From Chiloscyllium plagiosum (taxonomy: Eukaryota), in NCBI RefSeq assembly GCF_004010195.1, contig NC_057720.1, forward strand, positions 11,528,103 to 11,592,102: a DNA stretch of 64,000 bases, given 5' to 3'. The position numbers were made by a program, and so were the translations under genes. Within the stretch, counting starts at the first letter, position 1. Every line of letters begins with the position of its first letter. Positions 11,491 through 24,500 of this stretch are shown here, piece by piece. The notes under the pieces were generated by a model. It worked only from the letters and a program-made list of their open reading frames with translations. It did no database searches and had not been told where the DNA came from.

Positions 11491-14473
11491 TATATGTCTC
11501 TCTGTTTAAATTGACCCTATTTGTTCCATTCTCAAACGCCTTTGTCAAACATGATTTTCTGTTCATAAAGATATCATCGCTGGCTAGTCACAGTGCAATT
11601 TTCTAAGTGCCCTGCTCCCACTGCCTAATGATGGATTCCTACATGTTCCTGATGACCGGCAGGTTAATCACCCTTTAGTTCTGGGAGAGTATTCCATGAC
11701 ACCACTGACTTGTCTTTTATAGAAACTGGAAAGGCTTTGGAGAGTCAGGAGGTGAGTTACTCGCCTCATTATTCCCAGCTTCTGACCCGCTCTTGTAGCC
11801 ACTGTGCTTATGTGGCTAGTCCAGTTCAGTTTCTGGTCAGTGGTAACCCTCAGGATGTTGATGCTGGGAGAAATTCAGCTATGGTAATGCCATTGAATAC
11901 CACAGAGGGTGGTGAATGTTTAGAACTCTCTTCCTCTAAAGGCAGCGAAAGCAGAGTCTTTAGATTTTTTTTTAAGATGTGGAGGTGCTGGTGTTGGACA
12001 GGGGTAGATGAGGTCAGAAGTCACATGACACAGGTAAAGCCCATTGGATGAAGGAGCAGCGCTCCAACAGCTTGCGATTTCAAATAATTCCTGTTGTCAT
12101 AACCTGTTGTCATGTGCCTTCAGATATTTGTAAGGCAGCAGTAAATAGATTCTTGATAAATGAAGAGGTGAAAGGTTATTATGGGCACATGGGAATGTGG
12201 AGTGATTGGATTTTATTGAATTGAGGGGCAAAGAGGCCTACTCTTCCCAGTTAGTATGTTTCTATGATTGAATGTCAAGGGGAAATGGTTACATTCTCTG
12301 TTGGAGGGGATGGTATTCCTGTCATTGATTTTGCTGTCTCCTGATCTTCCGAGTCAAGATCCATCCTCACCATCACCCTCATGCCATTCTTTTGTGGCAA
12401 TATATCATCCTTTCTCTGCTTTTTTAAACTGTTGGACTGTCTGAAATACAGAGTTCCCAACTCTAGTCACCATGCAACCAGTGCCCTATCTCTGTAATAT
12501 CAATTTGATCAAACCCATTTATCTGTATTTGCACCATTAACTTTTCTGCCTTGTTGCAAATGCTTTATGCATTCAGATGAAGTGCCTTTAATTTTATCTT
12601 TTTATAAATCATTTCCCCTGAATTGATCGTATTCTCTGACGCACAATACCATTAAACATCTTTTTATGCAGAATCCCTACAGTGCAGAAACAGACCATTC
12701 AGCCCAGGTCCACACTGACTCTCTGAACGGCATCCCACCCAGACTCACCCCCCTACACTATCTCCCTGCATATCCTATGGCTAATCCACCTAACCTACAC
12801 ATCCTTGGACACTACCGACAATTTAACATGGCCAATCCACCTACTTTGTTCCGTCACTCTGCTCATCTTTAGCCGAATTGCTGCACTGTTCCCTGGCCTT
12901 GAATTTTCTTTTCAGAATTAATGTTTTTTTCATAAAGCTAGAAGTGCTCTTACACAAAACTGCTTTTTCCCCATCACCAAATCACCTGTGGTATTTTTTC
13001 ATCCGCTAATCACCAGCCGTGTCTCTTCAGAGTTATACACTTCTCCTCAGTATGAACCTACAAGCTTCTAATTTGAAGTTCAATCTTGACATCTTGCACA
13101 ATCCCAATTTCCTTCACTTCTTCATTGGGCCTCATCATGGTTTGGCCCCACAATCTGAATGTTGCCGTGCAAATCTCTGCACCTCTTTTCTTTTAAGATG
13201 CATATCTAAATCTCTGTCCTGCCACACGCAATGCCCTGTGACTGCAATAGTCTGTCATTTTAATTCTCCACTTTTCTCTCACTCTGACCCCTCTGCCCCT
13301 GGCTGTAAGACCATAAGGAAAGCAAGTAGGCCATTCAGCCTTCCAGGTCTGCTCCGCCATTCAATGAAGTTGTGGCTAATCTAATAACCCTCAACTCCAT
13401 TGCTGCCATTTCCCCATAATCCTCGAGTCCCTGACTGATTAAAAATCTGTCTATCTCAGCCTTGAATAGACGTAGTGATCAATATAAGCTTCAGAAATAC
13501 AACTCCTTTCAATCGGGTGCTCTATAGGGACAGAAATGACAGGCTCCAGTGCTGCTCCTGGCCCAGGCCCCCTGTCCCAACTTGTGTATAGTGACCAAGC
13601 CCCTAGCCTGAGCACAGTGGTCCCTGAAACCCCAGATCTCAGTTAGTCGGCCCTGATGTCTCACCCTAACTTCCACCATCCCAGACTCTTGTGCTCTACA
13701 CTCTGTCCACTCATCTCTACTTTCAACAACTCCATACCACAGTCATGATCAGATCACTTTCCCGTTTGTTTCATGTTTTAGGTGCTTTTGCCATCAGCAC
13801 ACCTACCCCAGGGCCAAATTTTGCCTCCATGCTTCCTTTTCCTCACCCCATCACCATTCCTTTTACCCCTGGAAAACAAGAGCTTTCTGTCATTCCAAAT
13901 CTCTGACGAGCAGACTCATCCATGAAGTTGCAGCCGCGCTTGGACCTCAGAAATCCAGGAATAATCAGATGGAGTGTTGATCACAGACCTTCCTTGTGTC
14001 CTGGACTCTCTCACAGCCCTTGCTAAAACTGAATGCATCCCTTAACAATTCCCAGATCGAATGCAAGGTGGCAAACGAGCTATGTCTTGGAACCTGCTGA
14101 GTATTTCCAACAGTTTCTGATCTTATTAGAGATTTCCAGCATCTACAGAATTGCTTATCCCTCAAAACCTTGCCCTACAAGCGAACATTTTCTCCCCCAG
14201 TATCTCATCATTGTGGCTCAGTGTCTGTTTGCATTTGCTAACATTTCCTTCAACCAAACAAGCATATCTTACCCAGGTAAAGTCACAATATCAGATTCAG
14301 TTGTAAGCCTCGATCTGTCATCACAGTCAGACTACGTCACTAAGAGGCTATGTCTCAATGAAGACTCAGGTTGAGTTTGAACAGAAAATTAATAGGTCTG
14401 GAGGAGACCGTGGTTAGGGGTAACAGCAACAGTATGGCTTCAATTCCTCTTTTTGGCTGCGGTAGACTTGTGA

Positions 14474-14782
14474 TTAGATCAGATTCCCTACAGTGTGAAA
14501 ACAAGTCCTTCGGCCCAACCAGTCCATACCAACCCTCTGGAGAGTAACCCACCCAGATCCATTTCCCCCTGACTAATACACCTAGCACTATGGGCAACTT
14601 CCCATGGCCAATTCACCCGACTTGCACATCTTTGGACTGTGGGAGGAAACCGGAGGAAACCCACGCAGACACAGGGAGAATGTGTAAACTCCACATACAG
14701 ACAGTTGCCCAAGGCTGGAATTGAACCTGGGACCCTGGTGCTGTCAGGCAGCAGTGCTAACCACTGAGCCACTGTGCCACCC
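14474..14782 (-). mobile_element. HE1-type SINE
   Basis: Full head with A/B boxes and HER1-like tail ending in tctaat repeats, on the minus strand. Confidence 0.9.
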
Positions 14783-15456
14783 CAGCCACTGTGCTGCCCT
14801 GGACTCTCTCACAGTCCTTGCTAAAACTGAACGTGAAGTATTTAATGTTCCCTTGCACAAACATTGCAAAATGGGTTTGGAAAAGGGACTAGGTGTTTGT
14901 GATTGATTGGTACAGACTCAATGAGCTGAAGGGCCTCTTGCTGTCCTGTAGACTTTATGACTGTTGACTTAGTATTTACTCCTTGCCTTAGTCTGAAGAG
15001 TGAACGCCCTCAAGCTACATAGTCACCTGTTGGAGAGATGATCCCTCGTAGATAGTGGTTAACTGCACGTATGGGTTGACAAGAGAGAGGAGATCCAATA
15101 GCATGTGTAGAAATGGAGCCAAGGTGCAGCTGTATTTGGAACTCAACAAATGCATTGTGCTGAAATGGCTGGACAGGAGATTGGTGTGCATTGTATAGTA
15201 TTTATATAATGTTCCCATGTCTTGAGTCAGGTGATGGCAAGTTCAAAAGGCATTCCAGTATTCGATGACATGATCTATGGTGTTATAAGATAACGACAGT
15301 GTTCAGGAAGTGCTGCATTGTCATAAGTGCTGTCCTTCAAATTCAGAATTAGACCAAGGCTTAGCTGGCCTGTTCCAGTGGTTCTCAGAAATGTCCAAGC
15401 TCAGAAGAAGGTCACTTTGTCCATCGTGTTAAGGGTAGCTCTCCAGCTATCCTTAT

Positions 15457-16060
15457 GGGTGACATGGTGGTTCAGTGGTTAGCACTGCTGTCTCACAGTG
15501 CTAGGGACCCAGGTTTGATTCCTGCCTTGGGTGATTATCTGTGTGGAGTTTGCACATTATCCCAGTGTCTACGTGGGTTTCCTCCCAACAATCTAAAGAT
15601 GTGCAGGCCAGGTGAATTGGCAATCCTTTTCCCCAGGGCAGGATTGACTGGTACGAGGAGTCATAGTTTGAAAATATTAGGAGGAAGGTATAAAGGTGAC
15701 GTCAGAGGTAGGCTCTTTACGCAGAGAGTTGTGAATGCATGGAATGTGTTACCAGCTGTGGTGGTGGAAGCAGAGTCATTGGGGACATTTAAGCGACTGC
15801 TGGACTTGCACATGGATAGCAGTGGGTTGAGGGGTGCGTAGGTTGTTACTATATTTTACATTAGGATTAAATCTCGGCACAACATCGTGGGCCAAAGGGC
15901 CTGTTCTGTGCTGTACTCTTCTGTGTTCTATATGCCCATAGTGTTAGGTGCATTAGTCAGGGGTAAATGGAGGGGAGGGGAATTGGTCTGGGCGGGAGGG
16001 TTGGTATGGACTTTTTGGGCTGAAGGATCTGTTTCCATATTGTAGGGAATCTAATCTAAT
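15457..16060 (+). mobile_element. HE1-type SINE split by a CR1 3'-end insertion (~15623-15932)
   Basis: SINE head to 15622, then CR1 C-terminal peptide TRSHSLKI...FTQRVVNAWNVLP with its tail, then the SINE resumes at tgcccatagtg. Confidence 0.85.
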
Positions 16061-16184
16061 AAATCTCGTCCCATTTGCCAGCACTTGGCCCATATCTATC
16101 TAAACTCTTCCTATTCATCTACCCATCCAGCCATATCCTCTTCAAAGACAACACTCCCAACTTCTCCAAACCATTTTCAACCCA

Positions 16185-16490
16185 AAAACCTGCAGATGCT
16201 GCAAGTCAAAAGCAAAAACAGAAATCGCTGGGAAAACGCAGCAGGTTTGGCAGCGGCTGTGAAGCAAGAAACAGAGTTAACATTAACTTGGAAGGACGAG
16301 AAAGTGAGGACTACAGATGCTGGAGATCAGAGTCGAGGATGTGGTGCTGGAAAAGCACAGCATCCAAGGAGCAGGAGAATCGATGTTTCAGGCATAAGCC
16401 CTTCATCAGGATTAACTCTGCTTTCTCTCCATAGATACTGCCAGACCTGCTGTATTCCTCCAGTGATTGCTGTTGTTGTATCTTCAAACT
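16185..16490. mobile_element. Palindromic mini-element (family 3) with a family-1 hammerhead element inserted at its centre (16289-16410)
   Basis: Arms aacagaaatcgctgggaaaacgcagcaggtttggcagc / ctgccagacctgctgtattcctccagtgatt. The insert is flanked by attaact at 16282-16288 and 16411-16417. Confidence 0.7.
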
Positions 16491-18786
16491 GAAATTCCTT
16501 GTGCCATTTTTGTAAAAACTTTCTGTGCTCTCTCCATTGCTTTCACATCTTTCCGATTGTGTGGTATCCAGACCTGGATGTCATGTTTGCCTTAGCATCA
16601 GTCGAAGAAGAGTAGGTTTATCCTGGTTTATTGTCCATCATTCCTCCGTAAAACACCAATAGAAACAGACATAACTAGTTGTTTGTCACAATGTTGTCTG
16701 TGTGATTGTGTTTATCGTGGCTTCTAAAATTGCCTGTGTATCAACAGTCAACATAAATCACCATGTAAAACAGGGCATTCCAAAAGTGGGGCAATTCGGG
16801 AACCCCAGAGGAATTGTGAGCTCAACTTTTGGGGCCACTAATCCTGAGGCAGCAGTGGTCCAACAAACCCCCCAACCTCACTACCATCACACTTTCATAG
16901 ATCGACTTCTCTTCCCTACATCTCCCTCACCAGTCGCCAAGGGGAATCTGACCATCTTGAAGCCTTGGCTTGGGGACACAGTTGGAGGAGCTTTGGGAGA
17001 CACTGATTTACAGAAAGGTAAAGTCAGTGTGGGACAAAACTCCACTTGCTATTTCAGATTGTCCCAGAGAGCTTCATGGTCAGCAACACAACTGTTTTCA
17101 ACATGTCACTGTCCCAGAGGAGGAATCCCATTGGCCAATTTGTGAACAGTAATTGTTTATAATTTAACAATGCCATCTGAAAAATAAACATGGGACTCGC
17201 TTCCTAACTCTTCTTCAAAACTTCGCTGTAGGATTCTCTCTGCTCAACTAAAGGCAAAAAAGACCCTTTGGGTCCAAGATTTTATCTGAAGAAAGACATT
17301 TCTGCCACATCTCAGAAGAAAAAACTACTAAAATTTGGGAATGAATGTGATCCGACTCATCAGGAATACTTCAAAGTAGAGCTGCAGTACAATCATGACC
17401 CAATATCTTGTTTCTTAATTGATTCACAGGATGTGGGCATCATTGGCTGGGCCAGCATTTACTGCCCATCCCTCATTGCCCAGAGGGCAGTTAATAGTCA
17501 ACCACATTGCTGTGGGTCTGGAGTCACATGTAGGCCAGACCAGGTAAGGATGGCAGTTTCCTTCCCTAAAGGACATTAGTGAACCAGATGGGTTTTTCTG
17601 ACAATCGACAGCGGATTCATGGTCGACATTAGATTCTTACTTCCAGAGTTTTATTGAATTTGAAGTCCACCATCTGCCATAGCAGGATTTGAATGCAAGT
17701 CTCCAGAACCTTATAGGGGTTTCTGGATTAACGGCCCAGTGATAATACCACTAGACCATCACCTCCCCAAGGTGGGAATTGAACCAAGGCCTTCTGGTTC
17801 CAAGGTAAGGACGATACCTTGTAGATATTTTCTAATCAACCTGTTTAGAGATGGCTAAAACCATAAGACATAGGAGAAGGAGTAGGCCATTCAGCCCATT
17901 GTGTCTGCTGCACCATTCAATGAGAGCATGGCCGATCAGATAATCCTCAACAACACTTTCCTGCCTTTTCCCTATAACCCTTAATTCCCTTACTGCTGAA
18001 AAACCGGTCAATCTTAGCCTTGAATTTACTTACAGCTTGTTTAGCCATCTGTCATCATGAATTCCACTGATTTACTAAGTGCTGAGAGAAGGAATTCCTC
18101 CTTACCTCCATCTTAAACATGTGACCCCCTTCTTCTGAGACTGTGCTCTATGGTCCTGGACTTTTCCACGAGGGGAAGCAATCTCTAAACATCTACCCTG
18201 TCAACTCCCTTAAGAATCTTATATATTTTAGTAAGGTACTCTGGAGTAAGTGGGATTTGAACCCAGGCTTCCAGGAACAAAGACAGGCCCACTACCACTC
18301 CACCACAAGAGTCAATGACATTGGTGTGGGTCTGCAGTCACATGTAGGCCGCACTGAGTAAGGACTCTGAGGATACAGGGTAAGGAAAAATGTCTCCACC
18401 CAGAGAGTGGTCGGCCTGTGGAATTCTCTGCCACAGAATTACCGTTGAGCCCAAACCATTGAATGAATTCAAGAAGGAGACAGATGCAGTTCTTAGGGCT
18501 GAAGGAATGAAAGGGCGTGGAGAGAAAGCTGGAATGGGGGACCGAGTTGGATGGTCAGCCATGCTTACATTGAATGACTGAGCAGGTTTGAAGAACCGAA
18601 TGCTCTCTATGTTTCTATGGGACGGCAGATTTCAATCCCTAAAGGATACAAGTGAATCATTAATCTCTATTACCAGGATTGACTTTCAATTCCAGATTTT
18701 CCTAACTGAATTCACCTTTTATCAGCTGCTGTGGTAGGGTTTGATCTGACATCACTGGAGTATTAGCCTGGATCTCTACATTACTA

Positions 18787-19761
18787 AATGGGGGGTGGGG
18801 GTGGGGCTGGGGAGAAGGTAGCTGAGAGTGCAATGGCTGGATGTCATTTACAGAATCCGTCGCTCTTGATGCGGTCTCCTCTACGATGGGAAGACCGGAC
18901 ACCCTCTCGCAAAGCGCTTTACGAGCGCTCTCTGGGACCCCCGCACCAACCAACCTCACTGCCCCGTGGCTGAACATTTCAACTCCCCCTCCCACTCCGC
19001 CAAGGACATGCAGGTCCTGGGCCTCCTCCATCGCCGCTCTCTCACCACTCAACGTCTGGAGGAAGAACGCCTCATCTTCTGCCTCAGGACCCTTCAACCC
19101 CAGGGCATTAATGTGGACTTCACCAGCTTCCTCATTTCCCCTCCCCCCACCTTATCCCCGGTTCCAACCTTCCAGCTCAGCATCATCCTCATGACCTGTC
19201 CCACCTGTCAATCTTCCTTCCCACCTGTCTGCACNNNNNNNNNNNNNNNNNNNNNNNNNNNNNNNNNNNNNNNNNNNNNNNNNNNNNNNNNNNNNNNNNN
19301 NNNNNNNNNNNNNNNNNNNNNNNNNNNNNNNNNNNNNNNNNNNNNNNNNNNNNNNNNNNNNNNNNNNNNNNNNNNNNNNNNNNNNNNNNNNNNNNNNNNN
19401 NNNNNNNNNNNNNNNNNNNNNNNNNNNNNNNNNNNNNNNNNNNNNNNNNNNNNNNNNNNNNNNNNNNNNNNNNNNNNNNNNNNNNNNNNNNNNNNNNNNN
19501 NNNNNNNNNNNNNNNNNNNNNNNNNNNNNNNNNNNNNNNNNNNNNNNNNNNNNNNNNNNNNNNNNNNNNNNNNNNNNNNNNNNNNNNNNNNNNNNNNNNN
19601 NNNNNNNNNNNNNNNNNNCTCCCAGCCTCATTCCTGATGAAGGGCTTTAGCCCGAAATGTCAATTTTCCTGCTCCTCGGATACTGCCTGACCTGTTGTGC
19701 TTTTCCATCACCACTCTAATCTTGACTCTGATCTCCAGCATCTGCAGTACCCACCTCCGCC
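18787..19761 (+). mobile_element. 5'-truncated Penelope-like element (GIY-YIG C-terminus plus hammerhead terminal repeat), spanning the gap
   Basis: VAEHFNSPSHSAKDMQVLGLLH...RLEEERLIFCLRTLQPQGINVDF; CTGATGA core at 19634-19640; TSD tctctacattacta at 18773-18786 and 19762-19775. Confidence 0.88.
19235..19618. other. Assembly gap (384 N)
   Basis: Run of N. Confidence 1.
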
Positions 19762-19981
19762 TCTCTACATTACTAGCCCAGTGATGTTACCATGAAACTA
19801 CTATTCTTAGCCCCTTGTGTACTCTGGCCTGTCCAATGTTGTGAGGCTAACTGTCCACATCTCCTTCCCAGGTGACCCCTGAGTAGGGAGTGTCATGTGG
19901 AGTATTTTGGGCGCTCTCCTGCCTTCATTGTTTCAGCAAAGGATTGACTGAGGCCTGGTTTTGTTGCTGTTGTTGTTTCAG

Positions 19982-20391
19982 GCTCTGCAGGTCCACTGTA
20001 AGGACTGCGCTCTGGTCACCAGCTCTGGGCAACTCATCGGGAGCGGGCGGGGAGCAGAGATCGACCGCGCCGAGTGCGTCATCAGGATGAACGACGCCCC
20101 GACACGGGGTTACCAGGAGGATGTGGGCCGCAGGACCAGCCTGCGGGTGGTCGCGCACTCCAGCATCCAGCGGCTGCTGCAGAAAGGGAGCGAGCTCCTC
20201 AACGCCAGCCGCGACCCGATCTTCATCTTCTGGGGACCCAGCAGCTGCATGAGGAGAGACGGCAAGGGTCGGCTCTATAACCACCTGCAGCTCCTGCACC
20301 GTCTTCGGCCCCGCCTCAAACTGCACACCATCACACGGCAGAAGATGGTGCACTTCGACGAACTCTTCAAGAGGGAGACCGGGAAAGACAG
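19982..20391 (+). CDS. ST6GALNAC5: ST6GALNAC5-like alpha-2,6-sialyltransferase (GT29), internal coding exon containing sialylmotif L
   Basis: Acceptor ttgttgtttcag|GCT at 19982 and donor GACAG|gtacaa after 20391; 410 nt. Translates ALQVHCKDCALVTSSGQLIGSGRGAEIDRAECVIRMNDAPTRGYQEDVGRRTSLRVVAHSSIQR...FIFWGPSSCMRRDGKG...FDELFKRETGKDR, closely matching recalled vertebrate ST6GALNAC5. Confidence 0.93.
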
Positions 20392-20517
20392 GTACAAGGA
20401 CTGTCCCATACAGTATCCCTGCAGTGCACAGAGGCCATTCGGCCCATTGAGTCTGCACTGACCCTTCGAAGAGCATCCCAACTTATACCCGTATTCCCAC
20501 ATTCACCATGGTTTAAC

Positions 20518-20850
20518 GGGCGGCACAGTGGCTCAGTGGTTAGCACTGCTGCCTCACTGCACCAGGGACCTGGGTTCGATTCCAGCCTTGGGCAACTGCC
20601 TGTGTGGAGTTTGCACATTCTCCCTGTGTCTGTGTGGGTTTCCTCCTACAGTCCAAGGATGTGCAATTTAGGTGGATTGGCCATGCTAAATTTCCCATAG
20701 TGTTCAGGAATGTGCAGGTTAGGTGTGTTAGTTAGGGATAAATGGAGAATAATAGGGGAATGGGTCTGGGTAGATTACTCTTCAGAGGGTTGGTATGGAC
20801 TTGTAGGGCCGAATGGCCTGTTTCCACACTGTAGGGATTCTATCATTCTA
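20518..20850 (+). mobile_element. HE1-type SINE, full length
   Basis: Pol III A box tggctcagtgg (20529-20539), B box ggttcgattcc (20573-20583), tail gggattctatcattcta. Confidence 0.92.
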
Positions 20851-21073
20851 TAACCCACCTCTAACCTGCACATCCCTGGATAGTATGGGGCAGTTTAGCA
20901 CGGCCAAATCAACTAACCTGCCCATCTTGGGAGCAAACTGGAGCACCAGGAGGAAACCCATGCAAACATGGGGAGGATGTGCAAACTTCATACTGTCACC
21001 CGGGGCTGGAATCAATCCTGGGTCCCTAGCACTGTGAGGCAGCACTGCTAACCATTGAGCCCCTGTGCTGCCC
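20851..21073 (-). mobile_element. HE1-type SINE, inverted relative to the preceding copy
   Basis: Reverse complement of the HE1 head and body. Confidence 0.85.
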
Positions 21074-21462
21074 ATAAAGGAGCAGAATTAGGCCTTTCGA
21101 CCTGGCGAGTCTGCTCAGGCCTGATTTGAAGGCCGTGCCCCAGTCCCTTACTGAAATAAATTATCCTGCACTCACATTACCAGCTGTGCTCATTGAAACT
21201 ATGATGGCTCCCAGTCTAGTGAGGTCCAAAATTTAAAAAAAAATTCACACCCTGGTCATCAGCTCTCTCCATAGTGTTGTCTCTCCTGTCACGATGACCT
21301 CCTTTAGCCTCTCAAAACTCCAAGGTCTCGGCACTCCTCTGAAACTGACTTCTCTCATGTTCCCCATTCTCATCTCTGCAACGTTGGCACTTGTACCTTT
21401 ATCTGTTGACCAACCCTACACTTATCCAACATTCTGGTGTCTATTGCAAAGAACTCTGATTA

Positions 21463-21775
21463 AATTAGATTCCCTACAATGTGGAAACAGGCCCTTCAGC
21501 CCAACCAGTCCACACCGACTCTCTGAAGAGTAACCCACCCAGATCCATTTCCCTCCAACTAATACACCAAACACTATGGGCAATTTAGCATGGCCAATCC
21601 ACCTGATCCGCACATCTTTGTGACTATGGGAGGAAACTGGAGCACCCAGAGGAAACCAAGCAGACACGGGGAGAATGTGCAAACTCCACACAGACAGTCA
21701 CATGAGGCTGGAATCGAACCTGGGACCTTGGTGCTGTGAGGCAGCAGTGCTAACCACTGAGCCACCATGCCGCCC
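21463..21775 (-). mobile_element. HE1-type SINE
   Basis: Full-length reverse-complement copy. Confidence 0.9.
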
Positions 21776-22139
21776 TTATGTGATGTTATTCTGTGTCAAA
21801 TATTTGCTGAATAGCTGTCATGTGAACCACATTGGAATGTTTCATTATGTTGAAGACACTGTACAACTCTTTTTCAATCATGTAATATTGAGGGGGATGG
21901 TTGAATAATTACCTTCAACTTAATGGAATAGGGATGTTGGGCTGAATGGCCTCCCACTGTGCTGACAATGGTCATATTTCCAACTCTGTTCTCAGGCACT
22001 TAGCCCCAGCCAAACAACATGTAATTGCAGATCCAAAACACTATGTCTGCACCTTAGCTGCGACATCCAGGCATTGGAGGGATATATTGACTTTGGAGGT
22101 AATGCAGTATAGATTCACCATTACAATACCTGGGCTTAT

Positions 22140-24500
22140 CACGATGGAAGACACCAGTAATATACCAGAACTTGAAGAGAGTCAGGGTGGCTGCAGTGGC
22201 TACCTCTCAGGAGAAAGTGCTGGGGAAGCTGAAAGGTCTGAAGTGGATGAATCACCCAGACCAGAATGATGACACTGTTCTAAAGGAGTTGTTTGAAGAG
22301 ATTGTAGAGGAATTGGTGGTGATCTTTCAGCAATCACTGGAAACAGCGAGGGTCCCAGAGGACTGGAAAATGACTAATGTAACATCCTGTTTAAGATGAG
22401 AGGGAGGCAGAAGAGAGGAAATTATAGGCCAGTTAGCCTGACCTCAGTCATTGGTAAGATCTTCGAGTCCATTATGAAAGATGAGTTTGCAAAGTACTTG
22501 GAAGTGCATAGTAAAATAGTGCTGAGTTAGCACACCTTTGTCACGGGGAGATCATGCCTGACAGATTTGTTACAATTCTAGGAGGAGGTAATGATCAGAT
22601 TTGACAATAGAGAGCCAGTGGATGTGATCTACTTGGATTTCCAGAAGGCCTTTGATAAAGCGCTGCCCAGGAGGCTGCTAAATAAGATCAGAGCCCATGG
22701 TAGCAGGGGCAATGTATTGGCATAGATAGAGAATTGGCTGACTGGTACAAAGCAGAGTGGGGATAAAGGGGTCTTTTTCAGGACAGCAGCAATGACTGGT
22801 AGAGTTCCGTTGGGGTCAGTGTTGGGACCACGTTATATCTGGATGAAGGGACTGAGGGCATTGTTGCCAAGTTTGCAGATGACACAAAGCTAGGTGGAGG
22901 GACAGGGTAGTGTTAAGGAAACAGGGAGGCTGCAGGAGGACTTGGACAGGGTAGGAGAGTGGGCAAATAAGGGGCAGATGAAATATAATGTGGGAAAGTG
23001 TGAGGTTATGCATATTGACGGGAAGAATAGAGATGTAGACTATTTTCTAAACAGGAAAAGGCTTCAGAAATTTGAAGCACAAGGGGACTTAGGAATTTTA
23101 GTTCAGGATTCACTGAAAGTTAACATGTAGGTTCAGATGGCAGTTAAGAAGGCATCTGCATCATTCATATTCATATCAAGAGGAAATCTTAGCAGGACTT
23201 ATACACTTAATGGTGAGGTCCTAGGGATTGTTGCTGAACAAAGAGACCTTGGAATGCAGGTTCATAGCTCCTTGAAAGTAAAGTTGCAGGTAGATAGGAT
23301 AGTGAAGAAGGCGTTTGGTATGCTTGCCTTTATTGGTCAGAGTTGGGAGGTCATGTTGTGGCTGTACAGGACATTGTTAGGTCACTGTTGGAATATTGCG
23401 TGCAGTTCTGGTCTCCTTCCTATCGGATGGATGTTGAGAAACTTGAAAGGGTTCAGAAAAGATTTACAAGGATGTTGTCAGGGTTGTAGGATTTGAGCTA
23501 TAGGGAGAGGCTGAACAGGCTAGGGCTGTTTTCCCTGGAACGTCGGAGGTTGAGAGGTGACCTTATAGAGGTTTACAAAATTATGAGGGGCATGGATAGG
23601 ATAAAAGGCAAAGTCTTTTCCCTGGGGTGGGGAAGTCCAGAAGTAGAGGGCATAGGTTTAGGGTGAGAGGGGAAAGATATAAAAGAGACCTAAGGGGCAA
23701 CCTTTTCACACAGAGAGTGGTACGTGTATGGAATGAGCTGCCAGAGGATGTGGTGGAGGCTGGTACAATTGTAACATTCAAGAGGCATTTGGTTAGGTAT
23801 ATGAATAGGAAGGGTTTGGGGGGATATGGGCCGGTGCTGGCAGGTGGGACTAGATTGGGTTGGGGTATCTGGTCGGCATGGATGAATTGGACTGAGGGGT
23901 CTGATTCCATGCTGTACATCTCTATGACTAGAATACAAGAGCAGAGATGTATTGCTGAGGCTGCGTAAGGCTCTAGTCAGATCGCAGTTGGAATATTGTA
24001 AGCGGTTTTGGGCCACATATCGAAGAGAGGAGAGGATCGAGAGGAGGTTTACAAGAATGATTCCAGGGATGAGAGCTTATCACATGAGGAGCGGTTGAGG
24101 ACCCTGGGTCTGTAATCAATGGAGTTTAGAAAGTTGAGGAGGTGGATCTGATTGAAACTCACAGAACACTGAGAGGCCTGGATAGAGTGGATGTGGGGAA
24201 GATGTTTCCACTAGTAGGAGAGACTAGGACCCAAGGGCACAGCCTTAGAGTGTAGGTATAGCCCTTTCGAACTGAGATGAGGAGAAATGTCTTCAGCGAG
24301 AGGCTGGTGAATCTGTGGAACAAATTGCTGGAGAAGGCTGTCATTGAGTGTATTTAATACAGAGATAGATAGGTTCTCAATTGGTGTGGGGATAAAGGGA
24401 TACCAGGAGAAGGGAGGAGAATGGGATTAAGAAACATATCAATCCTGATTGAATGGCAGAGCAGACTCGATGGACTAAATGCCTAATTCTGCTCCTATAT
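22140..24500 (+). mobile_element. Decayed CR1 LINE RT/3' end with a nested HER1 3' fragment (~23182-23930)
   Basis: VPEDWK..NVT, NYRPVSLTSV.GK, VDVIYLDFQKAFDK, KFADDTK; host reading resumes at ctagaatacaagagcagagatg after the nested copy's tail. Confidence 0.88.

Noticed and set aside
18966..19637. 223-aa and 159-aa ORFs
   Set aside because: Their length is an artefact of the N gap.
1..19981. N-terminal exons (transmembrane/stem) of the sialyltransferase
   Set aside because: No ORF with a signal-anchor plus suitable splice sites was recognised; these exons are probably upstream of the window.
19925..20476. 183-aa minus-strand ORF
   Set aside because: Antisense shadow of the GC-rich sialyltransferase exon; no motif or splice support.
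20518..20590. tRNA genes
   Set aside because: A/B-box heads continue into HE1 SINE bodies and do not complete a tRNA cloverleaf.
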